Position numbers and translations under genes: made by a program. From assembly GCA_963675525.2 (NCBI GenBank), contig CAXXSL010000013.1, positions 512,001-576,000 on the forward strand: DNA of 64,000 nucleotides, in the 5' to 3' direction. This DNA comes from Anaerohalosphaeraceae bacterium. GTDB taxonomy: Bacteria > Planctomycetota > Phycisphaerae > Sedimentisphaerales > Anaerohalosphaeraceae. Of the stretch, positions 1-10,725 are shown piece after piece. The notes under the pieces are model-generated. The model was not told where the DNA came from and made no database searches. It was given only the letters and a program-made list of their open reading frames with translations. Within the stretch, counting starts at the first letter, position 1. Every line of letters begins with the position of its first letter.

Positions 1-744
1 ACCGCATTTTTTTGTCGTCGTAATCGTCCGAAAAACACCCTGTCTGCCCAAAAACAAATGTTATGGGGATGTCTTTTCTGTGGGTTACCGCTTTTGATTG
101 TGCAATTTTTCACGGTCAATCACTGCATGCGGCTTGCGTCTCCTGCAATTGTTCCTTTCTCAATCTTAGTGTCGTTTTTTATCATTAATTCTCGATGGAA
201 ATACCACACAGGGGTAAATATCCTTTTATCTTTCCTTTTTATTCTACAAGCAATCGGTATCGTTTCGTCTCTAAGATACAAGAATGAACCGGTTAGAGAT
301 TTCTGGGAAATCAGCGTTACCAAAGCGTTGCCGCTAAGAGAACAATGGGACTGGGATGCTATCTATGATGTAATCGATTCATACGAAATAACACAACCTT
401 CTATCGGATTACTGGGGACTGCCGCTCCAATGAAACCTTCCAATGTTCGATTTCCCTGGGTCGTCAGGAGCAAAAGAGTATTTATCGAACTGATCGATGT
501 TCCGGACAATATAGAGGATAATATCAATGAGCTTATTCCTTATATTGAAAAATATGATATAATCGTTACTATTGCTGATTATCCTTATAAAAACGTCAGA
601 AACCTTACAGAAGAAAATGCTATAAACGCCGTTTTCATAGAAAAAATCAAACAAGGCTCGGATTTTAATACGCCTGTTTACGTAAAAGTAGGCCGATATC
701 ATGAAACCACACTGGCTATATGCATCAAAAAGAAACCGAAATGA
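1..744 (+). CDS. 5'-truncated membrane protein, possibly a GT-C/ArnT-like glycosyltransferase C-terminal part
   Basis: Frame is open from position 1 (TAFFCRR...) through the ATG at 58 to TGA at 744. It has hydrophobic segments followed by a soluble tail and lies upstream of a glycosyltransferase cluster. Confidence 0.45.
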   Translation, partial: TAFFCRRNRPKNTLSAQKQMLWGCLFCGLPLLIVQFFTVNHCMRLASPAIVPFSILVSFFIINSRWKYHTGVNILLSFLFILQAIGIVSSLRYKNEPVRDFWEISVTKALPLREQWDWDAIYDVIDSYEITQPSIGLLGTAAPMKPSNVRFPWVVRSKRVFIELIDVPDNIEDNINELIPYIEKYDIIVTIADYPYKNVRNLTEENAINAVFIEKIKQGSDFNTPVYVKVGRYHETTLAICIKKKPK

Positions 745-767
745 GGTAATCAGGAGCATGTTCAAAT

Positions 768-2153
768 ATGTTAGATAATAAAATACATTTGAAATGGCAT
801 AAAAGAAATTCGTATTATTACCAGTGGCTTAACAGGATTTTTTCGTGCAATGTTCGTCCTGACAGCCGAGTTCTACATGTCGGCTGTGAATACGGCGATC
901 TGCTGGCCGCAGTCAAACCTGCTTACGGTGTCGGCATCGACACGGATGCAACAGCCCTTCAGTTTGCGAGGGAGCGTTTCCCCCAACTGCATTTTGAGCA
1001 GCAGGACCCGCATCATCTGAATCTTGAGGGAACATTCGATTATGTGTTAATATGCAATTCTATCGGAACCTGGAGTGATGTCCAACTGGTTTTTGACCGA
1101 ATCCATCCGTACACCCATAAAGACACCCGCATTATTATTACTTACTACAGCTATCTGTGGGAAGGGATTTTAAGACTTGGGTCCAAACTCAAAATACGGC
1201 GTCCCAATTCCTACCAGAACTGGCTCCCGCCGGAAGACATCATCAATTTACTTTTCTTGGGTGATTATGATTTCATTCGCAGTGAAAGCTTTATGATGAT
1301 GCCGAAGTGGGTTCCGCTTCTGTCGGCTTTATGTAATCGCTTTCTTTCGTTATTACCTTTATTCCGGCAATTAAATCTGATTAACCTCGTCATTGCTCGT
1401 CCAAAGCCGATTGTCAAAATTCCGGAAGATTACGTGGTATCCGTCGTCGTGCCCTGTCGAAATGAAAAAGGCAATATTGAAGACGCGATCCTTCGAATTC
1501 CTGAGATGGGCAAACAAACAGAAATTATTTTCGTGGATGGAAACAGCACCGACGGGACCCCGCAGGAGATTGAGAAACAGATCGAGTCCCATCCGGAACG
1601 AAAGATCAAGCTGATCCACCAGGGAGATGGAGTTGGTAAAGGCGATGCGGTCCGCAAAGGGTTTGCCGCAGCCGCCGGTGATGTGTTTGTGATTCAGGAC
1701 GCGGACCTGACGGCTCCACCCGAAGATTTACCGAAATTCTTTAACGCCTGGCTGCAGGGAAAGGGCGAGTATATCAACGGGTCGCGGCTGGTCTATCCCA
1801 TGGAAAAACAGGCCATGCGATTCCTGAACCTTTTAGGCAATAAGTTTTTCGGAAAGCTATTTTCGTGGCTGTTAAACCAGCGATTCCGCGACACGCTCTG
1901 CGGGACAAAGATGATCAGCCGGACGCACTATGACATTCTCGCGGCCAACCGTTCTTACTTCGGGGAGTTTGACCCGTTTGGTGATTTCGATCTGATCTTT
2001 GGCTCCGTCAAACAAAATTTCAAGGTGGCCGAAGTCCCCGTAACTTACCGTGCCAGAACATATGGCGACACAAACATCAGCCGATTTCGTCACGGCTGGC
2101 TGCTTTTAAAAATGAGCTGGGTCGCATTCAAAAAGTTTAAATGGCTGAGGTAG
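768..2153 (+). CDS. Bifunctional class I SAM methyltransferase-like / GT2 glycosyltransferase
   Basis: N-terminal VLHVGCEYG motif I; C-terminal GT2 motifs VVVPCRNE, FVDGNSTDGT, QDADL, DTLCGTK. Confidence 0.85.
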   Translation: MLDNKIHLKWHKRNSYYYQWLNRIFSCNVRPDSRVLHVGCEYGDLLAAVKPAYGVGIDTDATALQFARERFPQLHFEQQDPHHLNLEGTFDYVLICNSIGTWSDVQLVFDRIHPYTHKDTRIIITYYSYLWEGILRLGSKLKIRRPNSYQNWLPPEDIINLLFLGDYDFIRSESFMMMPKWVPLLSALCNRFLSLLPLFRQLNLINLVIARPKPIVKIPEDYVVSVVVPCRNEKGNIEDAILRIPEMGKQTEIIFVDGNSTDGTPQEIEKQIESHPERKIKLIHQGDGVGKGDAVRKGFAAAAGDVFVIQDADLTAPPEDLPKFFNAWLQGKGEYINGSRLVYPMEKQAMRFLNLLGNKFFGKLFSWLLNQRFRDTLCGTKMISRTHYDILAANRSYFGEFDPFGDFDLIFGSVKQNFKVAEVPVTYRARTYGDTNISRFRHGWLLLKMSWVAFKKFKWLR

Positions 2154-2155
2154 AA

Positions 2156-2842
2156 ATGTCGAATGAAAAACAATATTATTTTGATTCTCTCGGAGATGAT
2201 TTCGAAAAATTCATGGACGAGTATGATGTTATCAGGCGACAACACCTGATTTTTCATGATTTACTGAAAGATGTGTGCTTTGAAAACAAAGAGATATTAG
2301 AAGTCGGCTGTGGAACCGGCAAAATAACGCAAATGATTGTACAACGCAAGGCACATGTTACTGCTCTGGACATCAGCGAACGCCTGGCTCAGACGGTAGC
2401 CCGAAAATACAATTGCCAGGGGGTTCCCGGAGACGCCTGTGTTCTGCCGTTCGAGGACACATCATTCGACCTGGTAATCAGTTCTGAATGTATCGAGCAT
2501 ACGCTGTCCCCTGCGAATGCAATCGCGGAAATGTGCCGCGTGTGCCGCCCGGGAGGGATTGTGTGCCTTACAACCCCTAACAAACTGTGGTATCCGGTTT
2601 TGTGGCTGTCAATCAAAATGGGGGTCCGTCATTTTCGGGGGATTGAGAATTGGTTGTTTCCCGGCCAAGCCGGTTCTGTAATGAAAACATCGGGCCTAAA
2701 CGATATCATTTATTCCGGATGCCATTTGTGGCCGTTTCAGGTACGTTTTACCCGACCGGTTCTGAAGTGGATAGATAATACATTAGGACGCCGTTTATAC
2801 CCCGCGATGATTAATTACGGGGTCAGAGGAACCAAAACATGA
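2156..2842 (+). CDS. Class I SAM-dependent methyltransferase
   Basis: ILEVGCGTG, ALDISE, GDACVLPF, FDLVISSECIEH, RPGG motifs. Alternative start at 2141. Confidence 0.9.
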   Translation: MSNEKQYYFDSLGDDFEKFMDEYDVIRRQHLIFHDLLKDVCFENKEILEVGCGTGKITQMIVQRKAHVTALDISERLAQTVARKYNCQGVPGDACVLPFEDTSFDLVISSECIEHTLSPANAIAEMCRVCRPGGIVCLTTPNKLWYPVLWLSIKMGVRHFRGIENWLFPGQAGSVMKTSGLNDIIYSGCHLWPFQVRFTRPVLKWIDNTLGRRLYPAMINYGVRGTKT

Positions 2843-3792
2843 CCATGACAAAAAAAATCTCTCTGGTTTCACCCTGTTATAACGAAACCGATGTTATTAT
2901 GGATTTTTATGAGTCTGTAAAAAATGTTCTGACTCAAATACCGGATATTGAACATGAAATCATTTTGATTGACGACGGCAGCACAGACAAAACACCGGAG
3001 ATCTTAAAATCGCTCGCACAATCCGACCCCTGCCTCAAAGTCATTATCTTTTCAAGAAACTTTGGCCATCAACTGGCATTGACCGCAGGGATTGATCACG
3101 CCTCGGGCGATGCACTGATTATGATGGATTCAGATTTACAGCACCCCGTTCAAATGCTGCCGGAGATGATCGCCTCATGGAAAGACGGCTATGATATCGT
3201 TTCGACCATCCGAACAACGACGGAAGATTCCGGTTTGTTTAAATCATTTACATCAAAAATATTTTATATTATATTCAACCGTCTTAGTCCGACGTTTCTG
3301 CCCGTCGGCGCGGCGGATTTCTGTCTGTTATCCAGAACCGTTTATACACAGCTTCGACAAATGCAGGAAAGGCATCGATTTCTTCGCGGTTTAATCTGTT
3401 GGATGGGATTTTCCAAGAAACTCATCCCCTATAAAGCGGCAGTGCGTAAAGCGGGCACTTCGAAATATTCCATGGTTAAAATGGTTCGCCTCGCAACAGA
3501 TGCAATTTTGTCTTTCAGTTCCAAACCACTGTCGGCCGCCATACGAGTCGGCTTTTTTTTAACATTTGCTGGTTTTTTATATTTACTGTACATTCTGTAT
3601 GGATACTTTATTAAGCAAAATTTAATTGCCGGATGGGCATCTCTGATTTGCACGCTGCTGATCCTAAACGGTTTCCAGTTGATTTTTATCGGTTTGATCG
3701 GAGAATATATCTCAAAGATATTCGAAGAAGTTAAAAAACGCCCTGTCTATATAATCAAAGAATGTCTCGGTGATTTGGAAAAGTGGGAATAA
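2839..3792 (+). CDS. GT2 polyprenol-phosphate glycosyltransferase (GtrB/ArnC/YkoT-like)
   Basis: SPCYNE, IDDGSTD, FSRNFGHQLALTAG, MDSDLQHP, RFLRGL, two C-terminal TM helices, EVKKRPVY. Confidence 0.9.
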   Translation: MTMTKKISLVSPCYNETDVIMDFYESVKNVLTQIPDIEHEIILIDDGSTDKTPEILKSLAQSDPCLKVIIFSRNFGHQLALTAGIDHASGDALIMMDSDLQHPVQMLPEMIASWKDGYDIVSTIRTTTEDSGLFKSFTSKIFYIIFNRLSPTFLPVGAADFCLLSRTVYTQLRQMQERHRFLRGLICWMGFSKKLIPYKAAVRKAGTSKYSMVKMVRLATDAILSFSSKPLSAAIRVGFFLTFAGFLYLLYILYGYFIKQNLIAGWASLICTLLILNGFQLIFIGLIGEYISKIFEEVKKRPVYIIKECLGDLEKWE

Positions 3793-3796
3793 TTTT

Positions 3797-5910
3797 ATGA
3801 GCAGTGGAAAAAAACGTCTATCGATCTGGCAATCTCTGGCTATCCATCTGGCGATTCTCACTTGGCCCTTTATTTACCTAATTGAATACATCGTACCATT
3901 CAAGGGGCGATACACCTATATTTTTAATGATTTTGGACCCCATTACTATAATTACAAAAGTTATTATTTGGCTCATCTGGCACATGGTCAATTGCCGCTG
4001 TGGTCCCCTACCGAGGCTGCCGGTTACCCTTTTTTTCGAGTCCGTTAACACAGTTTTTCTACCCTCTCAATATATTCTTGATTCCGGTGTTCAAAATCAA
4101 AGGGTACTACAGCTACATTGACCACCAGGCATTTACAATTTTGGGTCTTTCGATTTTCGCCCTGGGTCTGTATCACTGGCTTCAACTTCTCAACAAAAAC
4201 ACAAGGGCGATCCTGTTTACAGTACTTGTGATGTCCGTTAGTTTCAAAGTTACCGAAACCATGAGATTCCCGAATGCCGTACACACAGCAGCATGGTATC
4301 CGTGGATTTTATACGGTATCACGCAGATTTATAAAGCTCGCTCACATTCACAATGCTTAAAGTACTCATTATTGCTTGTTCTCTTTATTACTTGTTTGTG
4401 TACAGCTGGTTACCCTTATTTCGTTTATTATTCGGCGTTTTTGATCGGCCCCTACGCTCTCCTTGTGGTGTTCAAAAAGCCCAGAGAAACCATATTAGGA
4501 ATCAATGACGTCAACTGGAAACGGTCGCTTACGGCATTGTGTGCATCCGGCCTGGTCGCCGGACTGCTGTGCCTGCCGTACCTGTTATTTATGATTTCCC
4601 TCATGGAATCAACCCATAACCGCAGCGGAGGAAGCTTCAATTATTCCACAAGCTATATATTTAACATGGAAGACTCCGTGGGTTCCCTGATATACCCACC
4701 AATGTCTCAGATGGAAGGCTGGTATTTTTTTAGCATAACAGCACTGCTCTTGATTTGCCTGTCTTTATTTGCCCCGCTCCTTAAACATAAAACAGCAGGG
4801 ATCCCGCTTGATAAATCTCAAACAACAATGAGCACAAAGATCTTGTTAGTAACATGGCTCCTTATTATTAGTTATATCTCATACGGAAGATCCTCATATT
4901 TATTTCGGCTTCTTTGGCATATCATGCCGGGATTTTCAAACCTTAGGGTCTGGGGTAGAATGAATATTATTCTCATTCCGGTTTTAGGGTGGCTGATTTC
5001 AATGGCTTACGATTTTTTTGAGCGATCCGTTTTTGAAAAACAAAAATCGAAAAAAACACCTCTCGGCCCCACTGTTATCATCAGTATAATCTATATTTTG
5101 ATTTTGGGATTGCAGCTTTTTTGTTATCTCACAAAAAAACAGGACAAGTATTGGAATCATCTCCAATATCCGTGGGGCAATTTGCGTCTCCACTTTCTAA
5201 TTATGGGATTTATCGCCTTTATAGCCATCTTGCTGTTTATGCGAGGCGGGACTTTTTTTTCAAAGCACTTCAAGCGTCCTCAAACAGCAATGCTACTGAC
5301 ACTCCTGGCTATCGCATCAGTCGAAATGTGGCCTGCGGGGGCACATACGTGGACAAAGCGAAAATCATTTCAGACGCCTGAAAAATTACAGATAAGCCCT
5401 GCTCGCATTCATGCAAGATCATTTCTGTACCGACGAACGAATCATAATAAAACGTCCTTATTGCAACCGGTTTACGCAACGGGATTAGCCAGTTCAAATT
5501 GGTATTTCAAACGATATGTTGACTTTCTTGAGAAAACCGAGAATGAGAAACAATATCGAGAGATACTCTTGGGCTTCAAAAATGCACAAAAAGTATTTTT
5601 CTCTGAATCATTAAGACATGATACTATTGTGTCGTTTCTAAAAGATGCCTTTCGGCATCAGGATGCAGGGCATCTCATCTCTTATGATGGTGAGACATTA
5701 GTATGGGAAATCACCGCACCCCAAGACGGTTATTTAAGCTTTATTGACAACTGGGATCCGCACTGGAAAGTTTTTGTCGATGGGCACGAAGAAAAGATCG
5801 AATTGCTTTTTGGGACTTTCAAATCCGTTCACCTGAATCCGGGGGATCATCAGGTTCGGTTTATTTATGCCCCATCATTGAAAAATATATTTTTGGATCA
5901 AACCAAGTAA
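3797..5910 (+). CDS. YfhO-like GT-C multi-pass membrane protein, split by a one-base deletion in T7 at 4030-4036
   Basis: ORF 3797-4048 (GQLPLWSP..AGYPFF) continues as SSPLTQFFYP in another frame if one T is added. Many TM segments; C-terminal WDPHWKVFVDG...PGDHQVRFIY typical of YfhO. Confidence 0.7.
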
Positions 5911-5948
5911 ACAGATTATGATAATGAAAAACAGGAGTCGTTGAACGA

Positions 5949-6728
5949 ATGGGTTTTCTGGATTTTTTACGCCTGTCTGAACATCAGAAAATGGACAACT
6001 TAGATGATGCAGCCGCGACACTGCTTCATGCAGAGATTCTCCAACATAAGGGCTTCCTGAAAAAGCTTTATGTCGATTTCTACACGGAATTACGCGTCGC
6101 CGTTGGCAACATAAAAAACAACACGGTCATCGAACTCGGCAGCGGGGGCGGCTTCATCAAAGACGTTATTCCCGGCACATTAACGTCGGATGTTTTACCG
6201 GTCGCTTCGGTGGATGCTGTCTTTTCCGCATGCGAAATGCCCTTTGAAGATCGCTCGATCGATGCGATCGTTATGATCGATGTACTCCATCATATTCCGG
6301 ATGTCCGGGCTTTTTTTGCCGAAGCGGTTCGCTGTCTTAAACCCGGAGGTCGTATCGCCATGATCGAGCCGGCCAATACCGTGTGGTCTCGTTTCATCTA
6401 TAAAAACTTCCATCATGAGGCATTTGATCCACAAACCGGCTGGGAATTCGAGTCAAAAGGCCCGCTATCGACGGCAAACGGGGCACTTCCCTGGATCATT
6501 TTCCATCGCGATAGAGACACATTCGAAAAATCCTATCCCCAGTTAAACATTCTCGAAACTCGAATCCATACACCCCTCAGGTATTTATTAAGCGGCGGAT
6601 TCACACTTCGGCAATTGACACCTTCCTGGAGTTATTGTATGGTGAAGGGATTAGAATGGCTTTTCTGCCCTTTTAATCGATGGACCGGGATGTTTGAAAC
6701 AATCGTGCTTGAAAAGAAAATGAAATAA
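5949..6728 (+). CDS. Class I SAM-dependent methyltransferase
   Basis: VIELGSGGG, MPFEDRSIDAI, DVLHHI, LKPGG motifs. Confidence 0.85.
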   Translation: MGFLDFLRLSEHQKMDNLDDAAATLLHAEILQHKGFLKKLYVDFYTELRVAVGNIKNNTVIELGSGGGFIKDVIPGTLTSDVLPVASVDAVFSACEMPFEDRSIDAIVMIDVLHHIPDVRAFFAEAVRCLKPGGRIAMIEPANTVWSRFIYKNFHHEAFDPQTGWEFESKGPLSTANGALPWIIFHRDRDTFEKSYPQLNILETRIHTPLRYLLSGGFTLRQLTPSWSYCMVKGLEWLFCPFNRWTGMFETIVLEKKMK

Positions 6729-6755
6729 TTATTTGATTATATTACGAGAGAAACA

Positions 6756-9700
6756 ATGGCATTAGCTGATTTTAACAAATTCCTTGTCGGGCTCTTCGGT
6801 TCGCGGAATGAACGCGTCGTTAAGGCATACATGCAAATCGCCCTGGCGGCCGGTGAGTATGAGGAACAGGTCAAATCGTTCAGCGATGACGCTCTGAGAA
6901 CCAAAACCGTTGAGTTCAAACAAGCTCTTCAGAGCGGCCGCAACGCCGAAGAGATCCTGCCGGAAGCATTTGCCGTGGTTCGTGAAGCGGCTCGCCGTAA
7001 TCTGAATATGCGCCATTACGATGTACAGTTAGTCGGCGGTAATGTACTCTATGAAGGAAAGATCGCGGAGATGGCAACCGGTGAGGGAAAAACACTGGTC
7101 GCCACACTGGCCGCTTATCTGGTCTATTTGACCGGCCGTAAGACCCATCTTGTCACGGTCAACGATTACCTGGCCAAACGTGACGCCGAGTGGATGAGCC
7201 CGGTTTACAATGCACTGGGTATGACGTGCGGGGCGATCCAGGCGGATATGGATACTCGCGGCGACGAACGCAAACAACAATATGCCTGCGATATTACCTA
7301 CGGCACGAATAACGAGTTCGGTTTCGACTATCTGCGTGACAATATGAAGACCTCCCTGGAGCACATGGCACAGGGGCCGCTGGAGTTTGCACTCATCGAC
7401 GAAGTGGACTCCATCCTGATCGATGAAGCCCGGACACCGTTGATCATTTCCGGTCCGGCGCAGGATGATGTGACACGGTATAAAAAAGCCGACAACGTCG
7501 CACGCCAGTTGATGTCACTGCAAGCCTCTTACAGTCAACTTCAAAAAGCGATCGATGCGGCCGAGCGAACCGTCGCCAATGCACAGGGCGAGTTGTCCGA
7601 AGGTAAAAAGGCTAAAGACGAAAGCCGCATGAAAAAAGCCCAGAAAGTCATCGATGAAACACAGGCACAAATGGAAGCCGACCAGGCCCGGCTCGAAACC
7701 ATGACACAGTATTACGAGGTCGAGGAAGATCGCAAGGCTGTTCATTTGACGCATGACGGCATCGGAGCCGCCCAGGAGATCGCCGGGGTCGGGTCATTCT
7801 TTACCGGCTCCAATATGGAGTGGCCGCACATGCTCGAACAGGGCTTGCGGGCGCATGTCACCTACGAACGCGAAAAAGATTATGTCGTCATGGAAGGCAA
7901 GGTCATTATCGTCGATGAATTCACGGGCCGTCTGATGCACGGACGCCAGTGGTCGGATGGACTGCACCAAGCCGTCGAGGCCAAGGAAAATGTGCAGGTC
8001 AAGGAAGAAACACAGACGCTGGCAACCATCACGCTGCAAAACTTCTTCAAACTCTATGGCCAGATCGCCGGCATGACCGGCACCGCTGTGACCGAAGCGT
8101 CGGAGTTCATGAATATTTATAAGCTGGAAGTCGTGGTCATTCCGACCAACCGGCCGTGTGTTCGCGACGACCGCGAGGACCTGATCTATAAAAGCATGGC
8201 GGAAAAATTCAACGCCGTCGTTGATGACATCCATGAACAATGTACCGCCGGGCGTCCGGTTCTGGTCGGCACGGTCAGCATTGAGAAAAGCGAAGCCCTT
8301 TCGACGGCATTAACCAAACGTTACGGTGTCGAACATGAAGTCTTGAACGCCAAACAGCATGCGCGCGAAGCCGTGATCGTCGAAAAAGCGGGACATCAAC
8401 ACACCGCCCGTGACGGCTCTGTGCGGGGCAACGTAACCATCGCCACCAACATGGCTGGACGCGGCACCGACATCAAGCTGGGCAAGGGCGTTGTCGAACT
8501 GGGCGGCCTGCATATCCTCGGCACCGAACGCCACGAATCCCGGCGTATCGACAATCAGCTTCGCGGCCGTGCGGGCCGACAGGGAGACCCGGGCTCCAGT
8601 GTCTTTTTCCTGTCATTTGATGACGACCTGATGCGGATCTTCGCCCCGGAAGCCACGGTTAAACTGCTTTCCTTTATCGGCTGGGAAGAAGGGATGCCGA
8701 TCCAGCATGGACGCATCAGCAAAGGCATTGAAAAAGCACAGAAAAAAGTCGAAGAACGCAACTTCGAAGCCCGCAAAAGCCTGCTTGAGTACGACGAGGT
8801 GATGGACTTCCAGCGAAAATATTTCTATTCCAGCCGGCGTAAGATCATCGAGGGCCGCGGGCTGAAAAAAAACATTCAGCAAATGATCGCCGACATGATC
8901 GACGGGGCCTGCAAGAATATTCTGGCCGCCGATTATGCCGCCCGCTGCATCGCTGAATGGGCGCGCAGTGAATTTGATGTGGAACTGGAACCGAATCGGC
9001 TGTCCAATATGGAAATCGACCAGATCGAAGAATCGGTTAAGGAACGGGCCACAAAGAACGTCGCCAATGAAATCTCCGTCTCGCTGGGAGAGTACCTCGA
9101 AGACTATGCGGATCCGAAGACATGGAAGATCGATGCCCTGTGCAAATGGGCGATGAGCGCGTTCAGCGTATCGCTGTCGGCAAGTAAACTGAGGAACATG
9201 TCCGCTGACGAGATCGAACAGACGCTGGCGGATGCCGCCGCCGAACAGGTAAAAAAGAAGGATACCTCGCGGCTGGCGGAATTCCTCAAAGACGATTACG
9301 CCATCAAATCCTTTGCAACGTGGATGCAGAATAAATTCGACCTGAAACTGAATGTCGAAGAATTAAAAGACCTGAAAACCGAACAAATCCGTCAAAAACT
9401 GTACGATGACGTTGCCGAAAAATACAGTCGCCGTGAGATCGAATATCCCGTGGAATTTGCAATGAACATGGTATTCGGCAATCAGGGCACCAATGTTTAC
9501 GGCTTTGACGCACTGGCCCGGTGGGCCCACAGGAAATACGAAGCAACGCTGACCGTTGAACAGCTTCAGGACACCTCGCCGCGTGACATCCACAGGCAAC
9601 TGCTGGAACTGAGTGAATCCTGGAATGAGAATCGACTGGCCGAGACTGTCCAGCACCGCATCGATGATGGCCTCTCGCCGCAGGAATTGGCAGCCTGGGG

Positions 9701-10247
9701 CAGCGAGCGGTTCGACGCACATCTTGACGTTGAGCAACTCAACGACCCCCAGAAAGCAAAGGAACTTCTCGTGAATGCCGGCCGGGACTTTCTTCGACAG
9801 GAATTGACCGACCTGGAACGCTACGTTCTCCTGCAGATCTATGACAGCGCCTGGAAAGATCATCTGTACGCGATGGACCACCTCAAGGAAAGCATCATGC
9901 TCCGGGCCTATGCCGAGAAGGACCCGAAGATCGAATACAAGCATGAAGGTCACCGCATGTTCAATGAAATGCTCGAAAGCATTGAGGATCGTGTCACGAA
10001 TATTGTTTTCCGCGTGCGTCTGGAAGCCGGTCAGCGCAGCCGCAGTGTCTATAACGTCAGCCAGGCCAAACACGATGAGGTTAATCAATTCGAAGTAACC
10101 CAGCGCCAACGGGCCGCAGCGACGGCCCCGCAAGGGGAACGAAAAGTCAAAACCATCAAGCATGAAGAGCCGAAAGTCGGCCGCAATGACCCCTGCCCAT
10201 GCGGCAGCGGCAAGAAATACAAAAAATGCTGCGGCAAGAACATGTGA
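6756..10247 (+). CDS. secA: Preprotein translocase ATPase SecA (elongated)
   Basis: EMATGEGKT, VTVNDYLA, DEVDSILIDEARTPLIISG, ATNMAGRGTDI, QLRGRAGRQGDPG, C-terminal SEC-C GRNDPCPCGSGKKYKKCC. Confidence 0.98.
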   Translation: MALADFNKFLVGLFGSRNERVVKAYMQIALAAGEYEEQVKSFSDDALRTKTVEFKQALQSGRNAEEILPEAFAVVREAARRNLNMRHYDVQLVGGNVLYEGKIAEMATGEGKTLVATLAAYLVYLTGRKTHLVTVNDYLAKRDAEWMSPVYNALGMTCGAIQADMDTRGDERKQQYACDITYGTNNEFGFDYLRDNMKTSLEHMAQGPLEFALIDEVDSILIDEARTPLIISGPAQDDVTRYKKADNVARQLMSLQASYSQLQKAIDAAERTVANAQGELSEGKKAKDESRMKKAQKVIDETQAQMEADQARLETMTQYYEVEEDRKAVHLTHDGIGAAQEIAGVGSFFTGSNMEWPHMLEQGLRAHVTYEREKDYVVMEGKVIIVDEFTGRLMHGRQWSDGLHQAVEAKENVQVKEETQTLATITLQNFFKLYGQIAGMTGTAVTEASEFMNIYKLEVVVIPTNRPCVRDDREDLIYKSMAEKFNAVVDDIHEQCTAGRPVLVGTVSIEKSEALSTALTKRYGVEHEVLNAKQHAREAVIVEKAGHQHTARDGSVRGNVTIATNMAGRGTDIKLGKGVVELGGLHILGTERHESRRIDNQLRGRAGRQGDPGSSVFFLSFDDDLMRIFAPEATVKLLSFIGWEEGMPIQHGRISKGIEKAQKKVEERNFEARKSLLEYDEVMDFQRKYFYSSRRKIIEGRGLKKNIQQMIADMIDGACKNILAADYAARCIAEWARSEFDVELEPNRLSNMEIDQIEESVKERATKNVANEISVSLGEYLEDYADPKTWKIDALCKWAMSAFSVSLSASKLRNMSADEIEQTLADAAAEQVKKKDTSRLAEFLKDDYAIKSFATWMQNKFDLKLNVEELKDLKTEQIRQKLYDDVAEKYSRREIEYPVEFAMNMVFGNQGTNVYGFDALARWAHRKYEATLTVEQLQDTSPRDIHRQLLELSESWNENRLAETVQHRIDDGLSPQELAAWGSERFDAHLDVEQLNDPQKAKELLVNAGRDFLRQELTDLERYVLLQIYDSAWKDHLYAMDHLKESIMLRAYAEKDPKIEYKHEGHRMFNEMLESIEDRVTNIVFRVRLEAGQRSRSVYNVSQAKHDEVNQFEVTQRQRAAATAPQGERKVKTIKHEEPKVGRNDPCPCGSGKKYKKCCGKNM

Positions 10248-10297
10248 TGTTCGATCCGCAGCATGTATTGATCACCTGTGACTTTTCCTGTTGAGGA

Positions 10298-10693
10298 TTA
10301 TTCCCAATCACCGTTGGCCTGAAGTGTCTTGCTGCCGGTGGGCGCGTTCGACTGACTTCCCGTTACAGTAATCGTGGCGAATCCATCGGAATTAACACTG
10401 TCGATATTGTAATCGGATGCGACAAAGTACGTGCCGGTCAGATCGCCGGTTCTGATCTCTAAAAGATTCATCAGCGAACCACCAGACAGGGAACCGGTAA
10501 TGGAATTCCCTGTTTGTGCATAATAGACTTTTACGGCGTTTCGGATCATGCCCGCTGCGCCATTGGCTTCGGCCCATTTGGCACTGTCGACCCTGGCCCG
10601 AAACAAAGGAATAGCCGCCGCAGCCAGTATCCCGACGATCAATATGACGACCATTAACTCAATCAATGTAAAAGCACGTCGCATATTCGCCAT
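10298..10693 (-). CDS. Prepilin-type N-terminal cleavage/methylation protein (type IV pilin/pseudopilin-like)
   Basis: RRAFTLIELMVVILIVGILAAAAIP class III signal; paralog of 10726-11124. Confidence 0.85.
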   Translation of the reverse strand: MANMRRAFTLIELMVVILIVGILAAAAIPLFRARVDSAKWAEANGAAGMIRNAVKVYYAQTGNSITGSLSGGSLMNLLEIRTGDLTGTYFVASDYNIDSVNSDGFATITVTGSQSNAPTGSKTLQANGDWE

Positions 10694-10725
10694 CTTAATC
10701 TCTTTTAATTTCAACATCAATAATC

